A stretch of 64,000 bases of DNA from an uncultured Candidatus Sumerlaeota bacterium (GTDB taxonomy: Bacteria; CAYMEV01), in contig CAYMEV010000002.1 of the NCBI GenBank assembly GCA_964389675.1, positions 186,001 to 250,000 on the forward strand. The letters run 5' to 3'. The notes beneath the pieces were generated by a model that saw only the letters and a program-made list of their open reading frames with translations, did no database searches and had not been told where the DNA came from. Position 1 is the stretch's first letter; each line of letters starts with the position of its first letter. This document shows positions 60,601-64,000 of the stretch, one piece after another. The position numbers and the translations under genes are program-made.

Positions 60601-61276
60601 GAAGATTTACAATTCTCTTTCCTGCCTTATGTTCGATCTCGGGGATTATACCAGGGCTGGCCAATTTGCACAAAAATCCATAATCCTGGATAAGGATCTG
60701 AAGTCCAGCGAGTTGATGCCGTTGAATAATGCAGTTATTACAGCTTCAAGGATATTCTCAGACAATGCAGATGACCCGCTGGGACTGATAAGGGAACTGA
60801 AGAATGAAGAGAGCCTCCCTGATAATTTTTACAGATTCAGATATTTCAAGATAATTTATGATACCGGCCGGTATATAGGTGTAAAGGACCTGATGATATA
60901 TTGCCTCCAGGTGATGAAAGACCTTAGCCTCAATAATTACAGCGTATGGTATGACCAGGTTCAATGCCTGTCCCATCAATTGCTGCACAATGATTTGCCA
61001 TTGGAAATTATCAGGAAAAACCTTAGTGCAGCAGAGCAGATGGATTTTAGCGAACTTCAGTGGGTATGGGAATACATGCTTGCAAACAGCCTTTACAGCA
61101 ATAATGAGCACCAGGAATCATACAGGCATTATATTGCTGTCTATGAAAAAATCAAGGACAGATTATACAGCATATCCGAAAGCTACAGAAAGGCTTATAT
61201 TTCAAACCCATTCAGAAAATTTGCCTATGATAAAGGCAAAAAGATTTCTGATAAATTTAACAGCCTGTATTACTGA
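57665..61276 (+). CDS. Pseudokinase-like N-terminus + STAND-type P-loop ATPase + TPR protein
   Basis: Walker A GPAGIGKS, Walker B VLENIDHAD, many MalT-like TPRs. Confidence 0.7.
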   Translation: MDKTNLLKYFTVNKKEAGTEFKTRHVFDNFAKRDKKLTIVPADKYTEFSLNHFIKLFNIFSESENPFLEFLIGWGILDDQSLYILRDARDISTIPDELCNAGQIPYILLDTLIGLYNIHRNNCYYGGVKRDDLLYKYNRRHNIDSFSYYLSGAKILKAEISSDVFHLQKEDVKSLVYSLISFLIAKENAGLAKIKSPDIKQAIDYFIKDRIIRDIITETFQADESISYYIRLLIKNLFYSNEVQRQFYNSIMDQIPSPDIPIERHSISQDIIKSHNAIVITGPAGIGKSFYVKTLLNRFRKMKYTPFVINAALHGTSNYDFIKNFTDLLSSILRKNDSLIFERSNNAPEDLSVEERMYLLYRFDQTVKPVFVLENIDHADENTLLLFKAILEAGIYVLITKNSDIHSDHYVRILKNLDKKSIYSISLTEWSVNDISTLLEMVLYNENKKKIRIFSELLYKNSVRDPKKIQDAVNYIMNRESDIFGCSTEDFKNNIIINIDLFRKFKENMLRDLLPDEYSLLKTIYLFPCSMDSLFRIHPEIRKEISEILNQLLSKKLISLESNKYFIKDPGISEGISAMIGRNELHDEYRRIGDYLLRDDSDSGKIPVLVLVNYLLNGGYFIESARMILDHSGKPGNMIQNGRVIWYYNKACEIFRRNNMINEQIIMMERLFEIHHRRSDYSKANSILHSLSKTGYDPFNLHKKYALLLESTGEYKKAIEYYNKAFSLIKNRNDIYLKIDIYIDIARLLIKTYKIKAAEEILQKAVLLEKDNNMMDKHNIILSLFGELHTLKNDLEAARKASVESAELSEQARDYYILTQTLSNLGLIYFKQKAFDKAYVYYKKALDLSIKCDNIHGISMGYFNLGRINTVAGNFPKASEQFTSAMVFHQKTGNRKEYVNDIFMISYLLTEKGELSKAYYMIKEGLDIAEKIQDPELKSLMLYSFGRIYHYLGSYGESINYYFYSREIAKKIGLKAMLPKIYNSLSCLMFDLGDYTRAGQFAQKSIILDKDLKSSELMPLNNAVITASRIFSDNADDPLGLIRELKNEESLPDNFYRFRYFKIIYDTGRYIGVKDLMIYCLQVMKDLSLNNYSVWYDQVQCLSHQLLHNDLPLEIIRKNLSAAEQMDFSELQWVWEYMLANSLYSNNEHQESYRHYIAVYEKIKDRLYSISESYRKAYISNPFRKFAYDKGKKISDKFNSLYY

Positions 61277-61623
61277 TAAATATCTATTCCCTGGAAATGT
61301 TCGATCTCTTTTTCCTGCCCGGAGATTATTACTGCTATGACATCGAAGCGCAAATTATTATATTTGCAGTTATTGCTTTCCAGAAAATGCAGGGCTGTTT
61401 TTTCCATATTCAACTTTTTCCTGGCACTGACCCTTTCTTCAGGATAACCGAATGAAGCGTGTTTTGATGCTTTTACCTCAACAAATACTATTTCATTGCC
61501 AAACCGGGCTATTATATCGATTTCACCATAAGGAGACCTGTAATTTCTTGAAAGAATTGAATAACCCTTGCTGACAAGGTATTTTTCAGCAAGATTTTCG
61601 CCTTGTTCTCCCAGCGGGATCAC
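61270..61623 (-). CDS. yraN: YraN family protein
   Basis: GE..A..YL, GEIDII, FVEVK and RFDV motifs. Confidence 0.92.
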   Translation of the reverse strand: MIPLGEQGENLAEKYLVSKGYSILSRNYRSPYGEIDIIARFGNEIVFVEVKASKHASFGYPEERVSARKKLNMEKTALHFLESNNCKYNNLRFDVIAVIISGQEKEIEHFQGIDIYQ

Positions 61624-61967
61624 TTGAAGCGTTTTTCTTTAATTCTTGCTGCTTTACCGGTTCTATCTCTAAGATAATATAGCTTGGCCCTTCTGACTTT
61701 TCCTTGTTTTTTAAGCTCTATTCTGGAGAGCAGAGGGGAATGGTAGGGGAATGTTTTCTCAACTCCGACACCGTATGATGTTTTGCGAAGCGTGAAGCTT
61801 GTCCTTTGCATTCCTTTTCTTATTTTAAGCACAACTCCCTCGAATGGTTGCTCCCTGGTCTTATCCCCCTCTTTTATAGTGAAATATACCCTGATGGTAT
61901 CTCCAACATGAAATGGAAGGGGTTCTTCTTTCAGATATTTTCTTTCAATTTTTTCCAACAGGTTCAT
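61620..61967 (-). CDS. rplS: 50S ribosomal protein L19
   Basis: GDT..V, GVGVE and GKVRRAKLYYLR motifs; ATG 61967 after AGGAGG. Confidence 0.97.
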   Translation of the reverse strand: MNLLEKIERKYLKEEPLPFHVGDTIRVYFTIKEGDKTREQPFEGVVLKIRKGMQRTSFTLRKTSYGVGVEKTFPYHSPLLSRIELKKQGKVRRAKLYYLRDRTGKAARIKEKRFK

Positions 61968-62085
61968 TAAAGTCCTCCTTAGCCGTCCGTAACAACCCAA
62001 AAGTTAAAAATCATCAGGCTGTCATACCGCATAATAAAAATTAAGAATCTACCTATAACCTCATATCTTTAATTAATCAAGAAAA

Positions 62086-63579
62086 TTATTTCTTAAATAT
62101 TCCGAAGCCTTTTTTATCCTTTTCGGAACTCTTTGGAGTCATATCATTGATTGCACGTGATAATTTTGAAATTTCCTCTTCCTTTTCCTTCTGCATTTTC
62201 AGGGATTTTTCAAGAAGTGCTGAATTCTTCTGGTTTGCTTTTTGAAGCTCTTTTCTAAGCTCCAAAAGCTCTCTTTCCAGTTCTTTTATAATATTGTCCT
62301 TTTCCTGAATGACAGAATCTTTATCATCCAGGTCCTTATTATGCTTTTCCATCTGTTCCTGAAAATCCTTTTCAAGCTCTATAAGCTTCATTATCTTTGA
62401 AAAATCTGCTTTGCTCAAATCTGACTTACCCCCTTTTTGATCATGATCGTCCGAATCCTTTAATTTATCCGCAAACAATTTTGTAAGATTAAGCTCAAGT
62501 TCTGATGCGTTTGCGCTGCACCTTACTGCTTCTTCCTTGGAAATAACATTATTCAGGATCAGTGCCATAAGAGACTGATTCATGGATTGCATCCTCGTAT
62601 GAACTACACTGGATTCTATCTCATCTACAAGTTCACCTGTATTTCCGGTCAGGATCAGCTTCTTTGCATTTGGAGATGCTATTAGTATCTCAACAGCTGC
62701 AACCATACCGTCAACATTCTTCTTTTTTACAAGATGCTGGGATATTACTGCAAGAAGAACATGGGAAAGCTGGAGCCTGATCTGCTGCTGCTGAGATGAT
62801 GGAAACATATCTATTATCCTGTCAATTGTCTGAGGAGAGTCATTGGTATGAAGCGTAGAAAGAACCAGATGGCCTGTCTCAGCAGCGGTAAGGACAGTCA
62901 TCATGGTCTCCTGGTCTCTCATCTCACCGACCATTATTACATCAGGGTCCTGCCTGAGAACATTGCGAAGAGCTTCAGCAAATGTAGGCGTGTCAAATCC
63001 GACCTCTCTCTGGCTTATGCAGGCAAGCTTATCCCTGAACAGGAATTCTATAGGATCCTCAATTGTTACAATATGGACATTTCGGGTGCTGTTTATCTGT
63101 TTCAGCATAGCTGCCAGTGTGGTTGACTTACCGCTTCCTGTTGGCCCTGTTACCAGTATCAGTCCCTGTTTTCTTGAAACAAGGTCAATCAGCTGTTCTG
63201 GAAGGTCAAGGTCCGTTATCGACCGGATCTCATGAGGGATATTCCTGAAAACTATGCCAAAGGAGCTTCTCTGCTGGAAGATATGTGTCCTGAACCTCGC
63301 AAGGCCTGGGACAGAATACCCTATGTCGATTGCCTTCTTTTCCCTGAATTTATCCCTGCTGTCCCTTGGAAGTATGCACAATGCAATGGACTTGATATCG
63401 TCAGGCTTCAAAACAGGATAATCCAGAGGAATGAGTTTTCCATCCAGCCTTATCATGGGAGGCCTCATTACCTTTAAATGCAGGTCTGATGCATTTTTCG
63501 TAACAAGATCCTTAAGGAATTTATGCAGTATTAATGTGCTTCTTTCCCTTTGTTCCTGTATAGTCTTTTCTATTGTCAA
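62086..63579 (-). CDS. pilT: PilT/PilU-family retraction ATPase with coiled-coil C-terminal extension
   Basis: ASDLHL, GPTGSGKST, TIEDPIE, LRQDPD..GEMRD and GHLVLSTLHT motifs. Confidence 0.9.
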   Translation of the reverse strand: MTIEKTIQEQRERSTLILHKFLKDLVTKNASDLHLKVMRPPMIRLDGKLIPLDYPVLKPDDIKSIALCILPRDSRDKFREKKAIDIGYSVPGLARFRTHIFQQRSSFGIVFRNIPHEIRSITDLDLPEQLIDLVSRKQGLILVTGPTGSGKSTTLAAMLKQINSTRNVHIVTIEDPIEFLFRDKLACISQREVGFDTPTFAEALRNVLRQDPDVIMVGEMRDQETMMTVLTAAETGHLVLSTLHTNDSPQTIDRIIDMFPSSQQQQIRLQLSHVLLAVISQHLVKKKNVDGMVAAVEILIASPNAKKLILTGNTGELVDEIESSVVHTRMQSMNQSLMALILNNVISKEEAVRCSANASELELNLTKLFADKLKDSDDHDQKGGKSDLSKADFSKIMKLIELEKDFQEQMEKHNKDLDDKDSVIQEKDNIIKELERELLELRKELQKANQKNSALLEKSLKMQKEKEEEISKLSRAINDMTPKSSEKDKKGFGIFKK

Positions 63580-63635
63580 GGTTTTGCTCCTTTACCTGCT
63601 GAATACTATGAGGTATTCACTATACTATAAAGAAT

Positions 63636-63664
63636 ATTCTACTTATTATGTTAATTTTAGTCAA
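63636..63664 (-). promoter_or_regulatory. Sigma70-type promoter for pilT
   Basis: Minus strand TTGACT-17 bp-TAGAAT. Confidence 0.55.
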
Positions 63665-63763
63665 AAATAATTTCGTAACAATATATTTTGACATATAGCG
63701 CCAATTTACTATTATTTTTTTAATCCGGCTGAATTAATTATCAATGGTGAAAAGGGAAAAATA

Positions 63764-64000
63764 GTGGAGATCAGATATAAAGAGCCTTTGAAAAAGCATA
63801 CTTCTTTCAGGATTGGCGGCACAGTTCAGGAGATGGTCTTTCCCAGGAATGAGAAGGATATTGCAGAAATTATTGGATGTATAAGGGATAAACCATATTT
63901 TGTAATATCCAATGGCACCAATATATTGTTCAATGATGTCCACTTTAACGGTGTAATAATTAATATGTCAATGTTCGAGCGATTAAAATACCCTGGCAAG
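63764..64000 (+). CDS. murB: UDP-N-acetylmuramate dehydrogenase (partial)
   Basis: Not in ORF track. Hand translation from GTG gives EPLKKHTSFRIGG...VISNGTNILF. Confidence 0.85.
   Translation, partial: MEIRYKEPLKKHTSFRIGGTVQEMVFPRNEKDIAEIIGCIRDKPYFVISNGTNILFNDVHFNGVIINMSMFERLKYPGK

Noticed and set aside
63734-63943. 69-aa minus-strand ORF
   Set aside because: Antisense to the partial murB gene.
1-64000. CRISPR arrays, IS elements, prophage, rRNA, and the many short nested ORFs in the track
   Set aside because: No spaced direct repeats, transposase/integrase or phage motifs seen; the nested ORFs overlap well-supported genes and lack recognisable motifs.

Overview
64 kb of AT-rich core chromosome from a diderm bacterium. 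Gene content and order resemble Acidobacteriota/Myxococcota/Desulfobacterota-type genomes (inference; lineage not determinable here). It contains an EPS/LPS cluster (2 GT4, WcaJ, Ugd), tilS/rlmN, mreCD-mrdA-rodA without mreB, ftsH, rpmB, a type IVa pilus operon pilMNOPQ followed by three uncharacterised Ig-like lipoproteins, and a Myxococcus-like motility neighbourhood (TPR, MglC-like roadblock, aroQ, efp, LipM-like ligase, SgmX-like TPR, ExeA-like ATPase). These are followed by tRNA-Gly(CCC), bactofilin, an SBP-MCP pair, glmU, folC, dprA-smg-topA, rng, pyrE, queC, a pseudokinase-STAND-TPR protein, yraN, rplS, a PilT paralogue with a coiled-coil/MinD-like tail, and partial genes at both edges (porin, murB). 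No CRISPR array, rRNA or mobile element was seen. Most interesting: (i) a stand-alone 204-aa gene (51207-51821) resembling T3SS filament subunits, with its own alternative-sigma-like promoter, a switch-like 5' UTR and a terminator, divergent from a STAS gene; (ii) the secretin-linked lipoprotein trio and polarity module; (iii) efp translationally coupled to an acyl/lipoyl ligase. All calls come from reading motifs; no searches were run.
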